NCBI RefSeq assembly: GCF_000023205.1
Contig: NC_012803.1
Span: 390,001 to 422,000, forward strand
Reading direction: 5' to 3'
DNA from: Micrococcus luteus NCTC 2665
GTDB lineage: Bacteria; Actinomycetota; Actinomycetes; Actinomycetales; Micrococcaceae
Length of the DNA stretch: 32,000 bases
Shown: positions 6,806 through 14,201 of the stretch, in pieces
How positions within the stretch are numbered: the stretch's first letter is position 1
Layout of the letters: the number at the start of each line of letters is the position of its first letter
Notes under the pieces: model-generated
The model's database searches: none
Seen by the model: the letters and a program-made list of their open reading frames with translations, nothing else
Told to the model about the DNA's origin: nothing
Position numbers and translations under genes: made by a program

Positions 6806-7867
6806 ATGGACGTCCCCGCACAGATGCACGCCGTGCGATTCACCGGGGCCGGCGGCAACGGCGTCGTCCGCGTGGGCCAGGAGCCCGTGCCAGACCCCGG
6901 CCCGGGCGAGGTGCTGGTGCAGGTGGCCGCCGCGGGTCTCAACCGCGCGGACATCGCGCAGCGCGAGGGCCGCTATCCGCCGCCGCGCGGCGCCTCCGAG
7001 ATCCCCGGGCTCGAGGTCTCCGGCACCGTGGCGGCGCTGGGACCCGAGGCCGGGATGCCGGGTGAGGGGCGCTTCGCCGTCGGTGACCGGGTGTGCGCGC
7101 TCCTGGCCGGCGGCGGCTTCGCCGAGTACGTCGCCGTGCCGGCGGGCCAGCTCATGGCCGTCCCCGACGGCGTCGGACTCGTCGAGGCGGCGGCCCTGCC
7201 GGAGGTGGCCTGCACGGTGCACTCGACGCTCGTGGGCCGGGCAGGCGTCCAGGCCGGGGACCGGGTGCTCGTGCACGGCGCCACCGGCGGCATCGGCTCC
7301 TTCGCCGTCCAGTTCCTCACCGCGCTCGCCGCACGGGTGCTGGGCACCGCCGGCGGCCCGGAGAAGGTGGCGCTCGGCCGGCGGCTGGGCGCCGAGCACA
7401 TGTTCGACCACCGCGCCGCCGAGTCCGGTGCCTTCGCCCCGTGGGTCAAGGAGGTCACGGACGGCCACGGCGCGGACGTCATCCTCGACGTCGTCGGCGC
7501 CCCGTACCTGGCACCCAACGTGTCCGCGCTCGCCCCCGAGGGACGCATCGTGACGCTCGCGGTCCAGGGCGGCGCCGTCCCGGAGGACTTCAACATCATG
7601 AAGCTGGTGGTCAAGCGCGGCTGGCTCACGGGGGCGACGCTCCGCTCCCGCTCGGTCGTGGACAAGGCCGGGATCGTGGCCGCGGCCGAACGTGCCGTGT
7701 GGCCCCTGGTGGCGGCGGGCCGCATCGACGCGAGCGTCGGGGCGTGCTTCCCGCTCGCCGAGGCCGCCGAGGCGTTCGACTGGTTCGACTCCGCCACCCG
7801 CACGGGCAAGGTCGTGCTCGTCACCGACCCCGCCGATGCGCGCCGGCCGTCCGGCGACCGCGCATGA
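6806..7867 (+). CDS. qor: NAD(P)H:quinone oxidoreductase, zeta-crystallin/MDR family
   Basis: ATG 6806 lies 5 nt after GGAGGAG (6794-6800). MHAVRF...GEVLVQVAAAGLNRADIAQREGRYPPP...IPGLEVSG and the cofactor motif VLVHGATGGIGSFAVQ. The upstream ATG at 6770 lacks an SD. Confidence 0.88.
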   Translation: MDVPAQMHAVRFTGAGGNGVVRVGQEPVPDPGPGEVLVQVAAAGLNRADIAQREGRYPPPRGASEIPGLEVSGTVAALGPEAGMPGEGRFAVGDRVCALLAGGGFAEYVAVPAGQLMAVPDGVGLVEAAALPEVACTVHSTLVGRAGVQAGDRVLVHGATGGIGSFAVQFLTALAARVLGTAGGPEKVALGRRLGAEHMFDHRAAESGAFAPWVKEVTDGHGADVILDVVGAPYLAPNVSALAPEGRIVTLAVQGGAVPEDFNIMKLVVKRGWLTGATLRSRSVVDKAGIVAAAERAVWPLVAAGRIDASVGACFPLAEAAEAFDWFDSATRTGKVVLVTDPADARRPSGDRA

Positions 7868-8313
7868 GGGGGCCCTTCGCACGCTTCCGTCAGGAGCGTG
7901 CCGACGACCGCGAGCTCGGCACGGGGCTGTGGCGCCGTGCCCACGACCGCCTCGGCCGGGCCCTGGACCGCTACTGGCAGGTGCTGGAGGGCCAGCGGGG
8001 TACGGACGTGCTGAGCCCCGAGGAGCGCAACGGCGTGGTCCACGCCGGCAACGTCCTCACGGAACGGCTCCCCGCGGTCCGTGCCCTGTGCGCCCGCCTG
8101 CACCGGGACCACGAGGGCGACGGCGAGCACATCCCGGCCGAGGCCGCCGACGTCCACCGTGAGCTCTCCCGCGCCGCGCACGAGCTGGCGGCCACCGCCC
8201 AGGCCCTCGCCCTGTACCGGCTCGGTCAGGGTTCGGCGGAGTCGGTCGGCCGGCACGCCGAACGCACCCTCGGCCACCTGGACCGGGCGGAGGAGCTGGG
8301 AGCCGGGCTCTGA
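7864..8313 (+). CDS. Hypothetical protein (149 aa), translationally coupled to qor
   Basis: ATG 7864-7866 overlaps the qor stop TGA 7865-7867 (ATGA). By my hand count roughly nine in ten codons end in G/C, as in the confident genes here. I recognise no motif. Predicted Arg/Ala/Leu/His-rich and helical. Confidence 0.55.
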   Translation: MRGPFARFRQERADDRELGTGLWRRAHDRLGRALDRYWQVLEGQRGTDVLSPEERNGVVHAGNVLTERLPAVRALCARLHRDHEGDGEHIPAEAADVHRELSRAAHELAATAQALALYRLGQGSAESVGRHAERTLGHLDRAEELGAGL

Positions 8314-8350
8314 CGGCGGCGCGCCCCGGAGGGCCGGCCCGGAGACGAGA

Positions 8351-8382
8351 GGACCCCGCCGCGTGATCACGCGGCGGGGTCC
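8351..8382. terminator. Perfect 32-nt palindrome (bidirectional terminator candidate)
   Basis: GGACCCCGCCGCGTGA|TCACGCGGCGGGGTCC. It lies between the stop of the hypothetical gene (8313, +) and the 3' end of tRNA-Thr (8388, -). Confidence 0.65.
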
Positions 8383-8387
8383 GGGGG

Positions 8388-8461
8388 AGCCCCCTGCCGG
8401 ATTCGAACCGGCGACCTGCTCTTTACGAGGGAGCTGCTCTGGCCAGCTGAGCTAAGGAGGC
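8388..8461 (-). tRNA. tRNA-Thr (anticodon CGU)
   Basis: The reverse complement reads GCCTCCTTAGCTCAGCTGGCCAGAGCAGCTCCCTCGTAAAGAGCAGGTCGCCGGTTCGAATCCGGCAGGGGGCT. Acceptor GCCTCCT/AGGGGGC, anticodon loop CTCGTAA, T-arm GCCGG-TTCGAAT-CCGGC, discriminator U. One C:A mismatch closes the anticodon stem. Confidence 0.9.
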
Positions 8462-8643
8462 ACGTGACCGTCAACGGCCACGGCTGACGAGCATACCGGT
8501 TTCGCGGCCCCGATTCCACCGCGCGGCCGGGTGCGCGGGCCACCGAGTGTGGCCCGCCCCTTCTGCGGGCGTTCACCCCCGGGCCATGCCGCGGCCAGAC
8601 GGGGACGGTTCCCTGGTGGGCACACACCGTCGACGGGAGACGC

Positions 8644-9378
8644 ATGAGCCTGCCCCACGCCCCTCGCACCCCGGCACCCCCCGCCGCGGCCTCGTCAGCC
8701 GTGCCCCTCCGCCTGGCCGTGGTGGACATGTCCGGCACGTCCATCGTGGAGCACGGGCTCCAGGACACGGCGTTCGCCCGCACGTTGGACCAGCACGGCG
8801 TCCCGGCGGGCACGCCGGAGCACGACGACGCCGCGCGGCGGTTCCGTGCGCTCCGGCCCACCTCGCGCACGGCCGTGTTCCCCCGCGTGTTCGCCGACCG
8901 GGCGGTGGCCGCGGCGGCGACCCGCACGTTCGAGGCGACCTTCGACGCGCTGTTGGGCCAGCACGGCGTCCAGGCCGTGCCGGGTGCGGAGGAGGCGCTC
9001 GTCCGCCTGCGCGCCCTCGGCCTCCACGTGTGCCTCTGCACCGGCTACGCCCGCCACACCCAGAACATGATCCTCGAGTCGCTGGGGTGGATGGGCCTGG
9101 GGGATCTGAGCCTGTCCCCGGACGACGCCGGCCGCGGCGTCCCCTACCCGGACATGATCCTCACCGCCCTGCTCGGTCTCGACCTCGACGACGTCCGCAG
9201 CGTCCTCGTGGTCGGGGACACCGCGGAGGACATGACGGCCGGGCGCCGCGCGGGGGCCGGACTCGTGGTCGGCGTGCGCACGGGTCGCGACGCGGACGAC
9301 GTCCTGCTGGCGGCGGGCGCGGACCGGGTGGTGCCGGGCCTGGCCGACGTGCCGGACCTGGTGGCCCGCACCCGCTGA
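8644..9378 (+). CDS. HAD-superfamily hydrolase, phosphonatase-like subgroup
   Basis: ATG 8644 follows GGGAGA (8635-8640). Motif I is VVDMSGT (D-x-S rather than D-x-D). Motif IV is VVGDTAEDMTAGRRAG. Confidence 0.8.
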   Translation: MSLPHAPRTPAPPAAASSAVPLRLAVVDMSGTSIVEHGLQDTAFARTLDQHGVPAGTPEHDDAARRFRALRPTSRTAVFPRVFADRAVAAAATRTFEATFDALLGQHGVQAVPGAEEALVRLRALGLHVCLCTGYARHTQNMILESLGWMGLGDLSLSPDDAGRGVPYPDMILTALLGLDLDDVRSVLVVGDTAEDMTAGRRAGAGLVVGVRTGRDADDVLLAAGADRVVPGLADVPDLVARTR

Positions 9379-9407
9379 GCCGGCGCCGGTCCACCCCGCG
9401 CGGCCGC

Positions 9408-10598
9408 TCAGCGACGTCGCGGGGTGCGCACTCGCCGGGGCAGCAGCGCCAGCATCAGGGCTTCGAGGGCCAGCTGCTCCGGCACGTTGGCGGCGATGCG
9501 CCCGCGGGCCGTGGCGACGGCGTCGATCCGGGCGAGCACCTCGGCCGAGTCACCGGCGGCGCCGCGGGCGTACGCCTCGATCTCGCCCCGGCGGTGCTCG
9601 TTGATGAGCTCGCCGTCGGCCCCCAGCTGCACGCGCAGCACATCCCGGAACAGGCCCATGACGTCGATCATGGCCCGGTCCAGCGAGTCCCGGACGGCGC
9701 GGCGCCGCCGGCGGGTCTGGTCCTCCTCGAGCCGTTTGACGTGGTGGCGGAGCTTGGGCGGGACGGGCTCGACGGGCTCGAGGCCCAGGGAGCGGCGCAG
9801 CGCCTCGAGCTCCTCGGCGTCCCGGGCCTCGGCGGCGGACTCGGCCTCGGCCTTGGACACCTCGGCCAACGTGGCGGCCAGGGCCATCGCGTCGGAGACG
9901 GCGGTGGCCTGGAGCGGCAGGGAGAGGATGCGCTCGCGGCGTTCGAGGGCCTCCGGGTCCCGCGCGAGGCGGCGGGCCATGCCCACGTGCGACTGGGAGA
10001 TCCGGGCGGTGGTGAGCGCCGTCTCGCGGTCCAGCCCGTCGCGGCGGTGCAGCAGCTCCGCCACCTGCTCCACGGCGGGGATGCTCAGCGTGATCAGACG
10101 GCAGCGGGAGCGGACGGTGGGGAGCACGTCCGCGGGGGACGGGGTGCACAGCATCCAGATCGTGCGGGCCGGCGGCTCCTCGATGGCCTTGAGGAGCACG
10201 TTCGTGGCGCGCTCCGTCATGCGGTCCGCGTCCTCCATGAGGAAGATCCGCCAGCGCCCGGTCGCGGGGGTGGACTGGCCGGCCTCCACGAGGGCGCGGA
10301 CGTCCTCGATCCGATAGCTCACCGCCTCGGTGGCCAGCACGGTCACGTCCGGGTGGGTGCCGCCGAGGACGGTGCGGCATGCGTGGCACTCGCCACAGCC
10401 GCGCGCCGCCGGGTCCGCGACCTCGCACTGCAGGGCCGCGGCGAACGCGCGCGCCGCCGTCGACCGGCCGGAACCGGGCGGGCCCGTGAACATCCAGGCG
10501 TGGGTGGGACGGTCCGCGGCCGCGGCGCGGCGCAGCTGGGCCACCGCGGCCTCCTGGCCCGCGAGGTCCGCGAACACGGCGGGGGCGGGGGCCGTCAT
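9408..10598 (-). CDS. holB: DNA polymerase III subunit delta'
   Basis: FTGPPGSGRSTAARAFAAAL P-loop-like segment and Cys cluster CEVADPAARGCGECHACRTV. The start ATG overlaps the tmk stop (ATGA, + strand TCAT 10595-10598). Confidence 0.92.
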   Translation of the reverse strand: MTAPAPAVFADLAGQEAAVAQLRRAAAADRPTHAWMFTGPPGSGRSTAARAFAAALQCEVADPAARGCGECHACRTVLGGTHPDVTVLATEAVSYRIEDVRALVEAGQSTPATGRWRIFLMEDADRMTERATNVLLKAIEEPPARTIWMLCTPSPADVLPTVRSRCRLITLSIPAVEQVAELLHRRDGLDRETALTTARISQSHVGMARRLARDPEALERRERILSLPLQATAVSDAMALAATLAEVSKAEAESAAEARDAEELEALRRSLGLEPVEPVPPKLRHHVKRLEEDQTRRRRRAVRDSLDRAMIDVMGLFRDVLRVQLGADGELINEHRRGEIEAYARGAAGDSAEVLARIDAVATARGRIAANVPEQLALEALMLALLPRRVRTPRRR

Positions 10599-11254
10599 CG
10601 GTCGGCCGCCTGGGCGGTGACGCGGGCCAGCGCGCGGGCGGTGAGCTCCTGCGGCGGCAGCGCGCCGTCGAGCACGAGGTACCGCTCGGGCGCGGCCGCC
10701 GCGCGCGCGAGGAAGGCGGCGCGCAGGGCCTCGTGCCGGTCCGCCGTCTCCCGCTCCATGCGGTCGGGTGCGCCCTCGCCCCCCGCCGCGCGGCGGTCAC
10801 GCCGGTCCGCGGCGGTGGCCGCGTCCACGTCGATCAGCACCGTCAGATCGGGGACGAGGCCGTCCGTGGCCCACTCGTTCAGGGCGGCGATCCGCGCCTC
10901 GCCCAGCCCGCGCGCCGCGCCCTGATAGGCCACGGACGAGTCCACATACCGGTCCGTGACGACGACGGCGCCCCGGGCCAGCGCGGGGCGCAGCGTGCGG
11001 ACGGCGTGGGCGGACCGGGCCGCGGCGAACAGCAGCGCCTCGGTGCGGGGGTCCACGGGGGCGTGCTCGGGGTCCAGCAGCAGCTCCCGCAGCGTCTCAC
11101 CCAGGTCCGAGCCGCCGGGCTCGCGCGTGAGCACCACCTCGTGGCCCGCGGCGCGCAGGGCCTCGGTCAGGGCGCGGGCCTGGGTGGACTTGCCGGATCC
11201 GTCCGGCCCCTCGACGGCGACGAACAGGCCGCGATGCTCGGTCTGGGTGCTCAC
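10595..11254 (-). CDS. tmk: Thymidylate kinase
   Basis: GTG start at 11254. P-loop VEGPDGSGKST, DRY motif VVTDRYVDSSVAYQG. Overlaps holB by 4 nt. Confidence 0.93.
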   Translation of the reverse strand: MSTQTEHRGLFVAVEGPDGSGKSTQARALTEALRAAGHEVVLTREPGGSDLGETLRELLLDPEHAPVDPRTEALLFAAARSAHAVRTLRPALARGAVVVTDRYVDSSVAYQGAARGLGEARIAALNEWATDGLVPDLTVLIDVDAATAADRRDRRAAGGEGAPDRMERETADRHEALRAAFLARAAAAPERYLVLDGALPPQELTARALARVTAQAADR

Positions 11255-11260
11255 GCCTCG

Positions 11261-11266
11261 AGCCTA
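11261..11266 (-). promoter_or_regulatory. -10-like TAGGCT 6 nt before the tmk GTG (leaderless candidate)
   Basis: The reverse complement of AGCCTA is TAGGCT. Spacer CGAGGC, then GTG at 11254. Confidence 0.4.
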
Positions 11267-11310
11267 GACGCCGCCCCGGACGGGGAAGGAACCCGGCCGG
11301 GCCGACCGCC

Positions 11311-11316
11311 TAGACT
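11311..11316 (+). promoter_or_regulatory. -10-like TAGACT 7 nt before ATG 11324 (leaderless candidate)
   Basis: TAGACT-GACCGGC-ATG. No SD-like purine run in between. Confidence 0.4.
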
Positions 11317-11323
11317 GACCGGC

Positions 11324-11632
11324 ATGAGCGCCCCCATGCACGTCGCCCTCCTCTTCGACCACTGGCTGTTCCGCGTCCTGGCGATCGCCGCGCTCGTGCT
11401 CGAGGTCTGGGCGCTGGTGGATGTCGTCCGGCGCCGCCCCGACGACTTCGCCCGCATCGGGGGCCGGGACAGGAGCTTCTGGCTGATCCTGACCGGCGTC
11501 GCCGCCGTCGTCGGGCTCCTCGGCGTGCTCGCGGGCGGCGGGATGGGCATGTTCGGCCTCGTGGCCGCGTGCGTGGCGTGCGTCTACCTCGCCGGCCCCC
11601 GCCAGGACATGGGCCCGGCCCTGCGCCGCTGA
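11324..11632 (+). CDS. Small membrane protein, DUF2516-like
   Basis: 102 aa with three hydrophobic spans (FRVLAIAALVLEVWALV, FWLILTGVAAVVGLLGVLAG, MFGLVAACVACVYLAG). The family name is from memory of similar actinobacterial proteins. Confidence 0.7.
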   Translation: MSAPMHVALLFDHWLFRVLAIAALVLEVWALVDVVRRRPDDFARIGGRDRSFWLILTGVAAVVGLLGVLAGGGMGMFGLVAACVACVYLAGPRQDMGPALRR

Positions 11633-11657
11633 GGGACCCGCGCCGTCGGCGGCGCCC

Positions 11658-12500
11658 TCATGACGACGGCGCCACCGCCGCCCAGCGCACGCTCAGCTCC
11701 CCGCGCCGCCACTGGTGCGGGCCGCCCAGCACGGGCCAGCCCGCCGAGCGCAGCGTGCCGACCGTCGCCAGCCACCGCTGCCGCGTCCCGTAGGCCGCGA
11801 GCGGGGCGTGCGCGGCCCACGCGGCGTCGGCCTCCGCCAGGAGCCGATGGACGGGCTCGCCGGGCACGTGCCGGTGGATGAGGACCTTCGGCAGGCGCGC
11901 CGCCACGTCCGAGGGGCGGGCGAAGGACCCCAGCCTGAGGGCCACGGTCAGGCTCGCCGGCCCGTCCCGGCGCAGATCCACCCAGGCCGCCCGCCGACCG
12001 TCCTCGGAGCACGTGCCCTCCACGAGGACGCCGTCGTCGGCGAGCCCCGCGCACAGCAGGGACCAGATCGCGGGCACGTCCTCCTCCCGGTACTGGCGCA
12101 GCACATTGAACGCGCGCACCACGGTGGGCGGCCGCGGCACGGGCAGCTCGAAGCCGCCGACCGCCCAGGTGACCCCCGGCAGGTCGCCGGCCCGCTCCCG
12201 GGCCCGGGCCACCCGAGCGGGGTCGATCTCGAGGCCCACCAGCTCGAGGGCCGGGTTCTGCACGCGCAGCCGCTCGGCCATCTCGACGGCGGTCACCGGC
12301 TCCGCACCGAAGCCCAGGTCCACGGCCAGCGGGCGGGGAGTGCGCCGCAGCAGGGGCCCGTGCACGTCCGTGAGCCAGCGGTCCACCCGGCGCATCCGCT
12401 GCGCCGCCGTCGTGCCGCGGGTGATGTGGCCCTGCGGGCCCCGTGCCGGGACTGGGCCGGGCGTCGTGCCCGCGCGCAGCCGCCGGGTCTTCTCCACCAT
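11658..12500 (-). CDS. Class I SAM-dependent methyltransferase
   Basis: 280 aa. Motif I-like AVDLGFGAEPVTAVEM followed by LVGLEIDPARV. Confidence 0.78.
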   Translation of the reverse strand: MVEKTRRLRAGTTPGPVPARGPQGHITRGTTAAQRMRRVDRWLTDVHGPLLRRTPRPLAVDLGFGAEPVTAVEMAERLRVQNPALELVGLEIDPARVARARERAGDLPGVTWAVGGFELPVPRPPTVVRAFNVLRQYREEDVPAIWSLLCAGLADDGVLVEGTCSEDGRRAAWVDLRRDGPASLTVALRLGSFARPSDVAARLPKVLIHRHVPGEPVHRLLAEADAAWAAHAPLAAYGTRQRWLATVGTLRSAGWPVLGGPHQWRRGELSVRWAAVAPSS

Positions 12501-12507
12501 GGGCTCC

Positions 12508-12513
12508 AGCGTA
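12508..12513 (-). promoter_or_regulatory. -10-like TACGCT 7 nt before the methyltransferase ATG (leaderless candidate)
   Basis: The reverse complement of AGCGTA is TACGCT. Spacer GGAGCCC, then ATG at 12500. The whole divergent gap is only 49 nt. Confidence 0.4.
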
Positions 12514-12537
12514 GGGGAGCGGCGGGACGGGGCCGCC

Positions 12538-12543
12538 TAGGAT
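12538..12543 (+). promoter_or_regulatory. -10-like TAGGAT 6 nt before the gpmA ATG (leaderless candidate)
   Basis: TAGGAT-GGTGAC-ATG (12550). Confidence 0.45.
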
Positions 12544-12549
12544 GGTGAC

Positions 12550-13308
12550 ATGGCGAACACCACGTACACGCTGGTCCTGCTGCGGCACGGTCAGAGCGAA
12601 TGGAACGAGAAGAACCTGTTCACCGGCTGGGTGGACGTCCCGCTGACCGAGAAGGGGCGCGCCGAGGCCGCCCGCGGCGGTGAGCTGCTGGAGGCGGAGG
12701 GCATCCACCCGGACGTGGTCCACACGTCCCTGCTCAAGCGCGCCATCACCACGGCCAACCTGGCCCTCGAGGCCGCGGACCGCCAGTGGATCCCGGTCAA
12801 GCGCAGCTGGCGCCTGAACGAGCGCCACTACGGCGCCCTCCAGGGAAAGGACAAGGCCCAGGTGAAGGAGGAGTTCGGCGAGGAGCAGTTCATGGTCTGG
12901 CGCCGCTCCTTCGACACCCCGCCGCCCGCCCTGGACGACGACTCCGAGTTCTCCCAGGCCGGCGACGAGCGCTACGCGGACCTGGGCAAGGACGCCCCCC
13001 GCACCGAGGCCCTCAAGCAGGTCATCGACCGCCTGCTGCCCTACTGGGAGGAGCAGGTCCTGCCCGACCTCAAGGCCGGCAAGACCGTGCTGATCGCCGC
13101 GCACGGCAACTCGCTGCGCGCGCTGGTCAAGCACCTGGACGGCATCTCGGACGAGGACATCGCGGGCCTGAACATCCCGACGGGCATCCCGCTGGTCTAC
13201 GAGCTGGACCAGAACTTCAAGCCGATCACCGCGAACGGCCGCTACCTCGACCCGGAGGCCGCCGCGGCCGGCGCCGCCGCCGTGGCCGCCCAGGGCTCCG
13301 CGCACTGA
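12550..13308 (+). CDS. gpmA: 2,3-bisphosphoglycerate-dependent phosphoglycerate mutase
   Basis: [25 protein letters not shown] (RHG phosphohistidine motif) and [14 protein letters not shown]. Confidence 0.95.
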   Translation: MANTTYTLVLLRHGQSEWNEKNLFTGWVDVPLTEKGRAEAARGGELLEAEGIHPDVVHTSLLKRAITTANLALEAADRQWIPVKRSWRLNERHYGALQGKDKAQVKEEFGEEQFMVWRRSFDTPPPALDDDSEFSQAGDERYADLGKDAPRTEALKQVIDRLLPYWEEQVLPDLKAGKTVLIAAHGNSLRALVKHLDGISDEDIAGLNIPTGIPLVYELDQNFKPITANGRYLDPEAAAAGAAAVAAQGSAH

Positions 13309-13323
13309 CGCGCCCGACGACGA

Positions 13324-13355
13324 CGGGCCGGGCCCCCGCTCGGGGGCCCGGCCCG
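13324..13355. terminator. GC-rich hairpin between convergent gpmA and phoU
   Basis: Perfect 14-bp stem CGGGCCGGGCCCCC / GGGGGCCCGGCCCG with loop GCTC. Confidence 0.6.
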
Positions 13356-13369
13356 TGACGGCGGGGACG

Positions 13370-14038
13370 TCAGGAGCCGGTGGCGTCCGGGCGGTGGGTC
13401 GCCCACTCGCCCGTGACGAGATAGCGCACCTTGGCGGCCACGGACAGGCCGTGGTCCGTGAACCGCTCGAGGTAGCGGGAGGCCAGCGTGACGTCCGTGG
13501 TGGTGGCCGGCGTCGCGCTCCAGTCCGGGGCGGCGATCGCGCGGAAGACGGACACGTGCAGCGCGTTGACGTCCTCGTTGAGGGCGTCGATCCGGTCCCC
13601 GTGCGCCAGGTCCTGGGTTTCGAGCAGCAGGACGACCTCCTCGGCCACCTCCACGGCGGCGTCGCACATCGCGGTGAACACGGTCCGGACCGGTTCCGGG
13701 ATGACGTGCTCGGGGTAGCGCAGCCGGGTCAGCTGGGCCACGTGGCGGGCGAGGTCGCCCATGCGCTCGAGCGAGGAGCTCATCCGCAGCGTGGCGACGA
13801 CGGTGCGCAGGTCCGTGGCCACGGGCGCCTGCAGCGCCAGGATGCGCACGGCCTGCTCGTCGAGGGACTCCTGCAGCTGGTCGATCCGCGCGTCCTCCGA
13901 GATGACCCGTTCGGCGCCGTGCACGTCGGCCGCCTCGAGGGCGGCCTGCGCGTCCATCACGGCGCGGTGCACGAGGCGGGCGATCTCGGTCAGGTCGCGG
14001 CCCAGCCGTTCGAGGTCGGCTCGGTAGAGCTCGCGCAT
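13370..14038 (-). CDS. phoU: Phosphate signalling complex protein PhoU
   Basis: ATG 14038 is preceded by GGAGAGGAGA (rc of 14041-14050). MRELYRADLERLGRDL... with two PhoU-type repeats (RIDQLQESLDEQAVRILALQAPVATDLR; ERMGDLARHVA). The 30 upstream codons in the track ORF lack support. Confidence 0.9.
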   Translation of the reverse strand: MRELYRADLERLGRDLTEIARLVHRAVMDAQAALEAADVHGAERVISEDARIDQLQESLDEQAVRILALQAPVATDLRTVVATLRMSSSLERMGDLARHVAQLTRLRYPEHVIPEPVRTVFTAMCDAAVEVAEEVVLLLETQDLAHGDRIDALNEDVNALHVSVFRAIAAPDWSATPATTTDVTLASRYLERFTDHGLSVAAKVRYLVTGEWATHRPDATGS

Positions 14039-14110
14039 GGTCTCCTCTCCCCGGCGACGCCCGTGCGCCGCCGACCCCGAGTCCGCGGGGCAGCGGCCCA
14101 TCCTGGCAGG

Positions 14111-14132
14111 GCAAGATGAACGGCCCATGAAC
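14111..14132 (-). promoter_or_regulatory. PHO-box-like pair of 11-nt direct repeats in the phoU/senX3 divergent region
   Basis: The minus strand reads GTTCATGGGCC GTTCATCTTGC (+ strand GCAAGATGAAC GGCCCATGAAC). Both units carry the conserved GTTCA core with exact 11-nt phasing. Confidence 0.5.
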
Positions 14133-14189
14133 GCCGATCGTCCGGCGTCTGGCGAGGCCTGGGCAGCCCGTCTCCGGGCCGCCAGAGGC

Positions 14190-14195
14190 TAGTCT
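14190..14195 (+). promoter_or_regulatory. -10-like TAGTCT 6 nt before the senX3 GTG (leaderless candidate)
   Basis: TAGTCT-GGTGCC-GTG (14202). Confidence 0.4.
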
Positions 14196-14201
14196 GGTGC
14201 C

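Noticed and set aside
6441-6821. N-terminal 127-codon extension of the nucleotidase ORF (track ORF 4188-6821)
   Set aside because: The extension reads straight through the tRNA-Ser gene and its terminator hairpin (the ...CRGFESLTIR... segment is the T-arm). The internal ATG at 6440 has an SD and starts a signal peptide.
6716-8370. 388-aa and 465-aa minus-strand ORFs and the 406-aa + ORF (7093-8313) over qor and the hypothetical gene
   Set aside because: These are high-GC shadow ORFs. Only the last 149 codons of the 7093-8313 frame, from the ATG overlapping the qor stop, are retained as a possible gene.
6583-8461. Segment bracketed by tRNA-Ser and tRNA-Thr considered as an integrated island
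   Set aside because: No integrase or recombinase is present. I found no duplicated tRNA 3'-end (att-like) sequence elsewhere in the window. Composition and codon bias look the same as the flanks.
8547-10925. 792-aa + ORF spanning the HAD gene and antisense to holB/tmk
   Set aside because: The translation is extremely Arg/Gly/Pro-rich. It conflicts with three motif-bearing genes.
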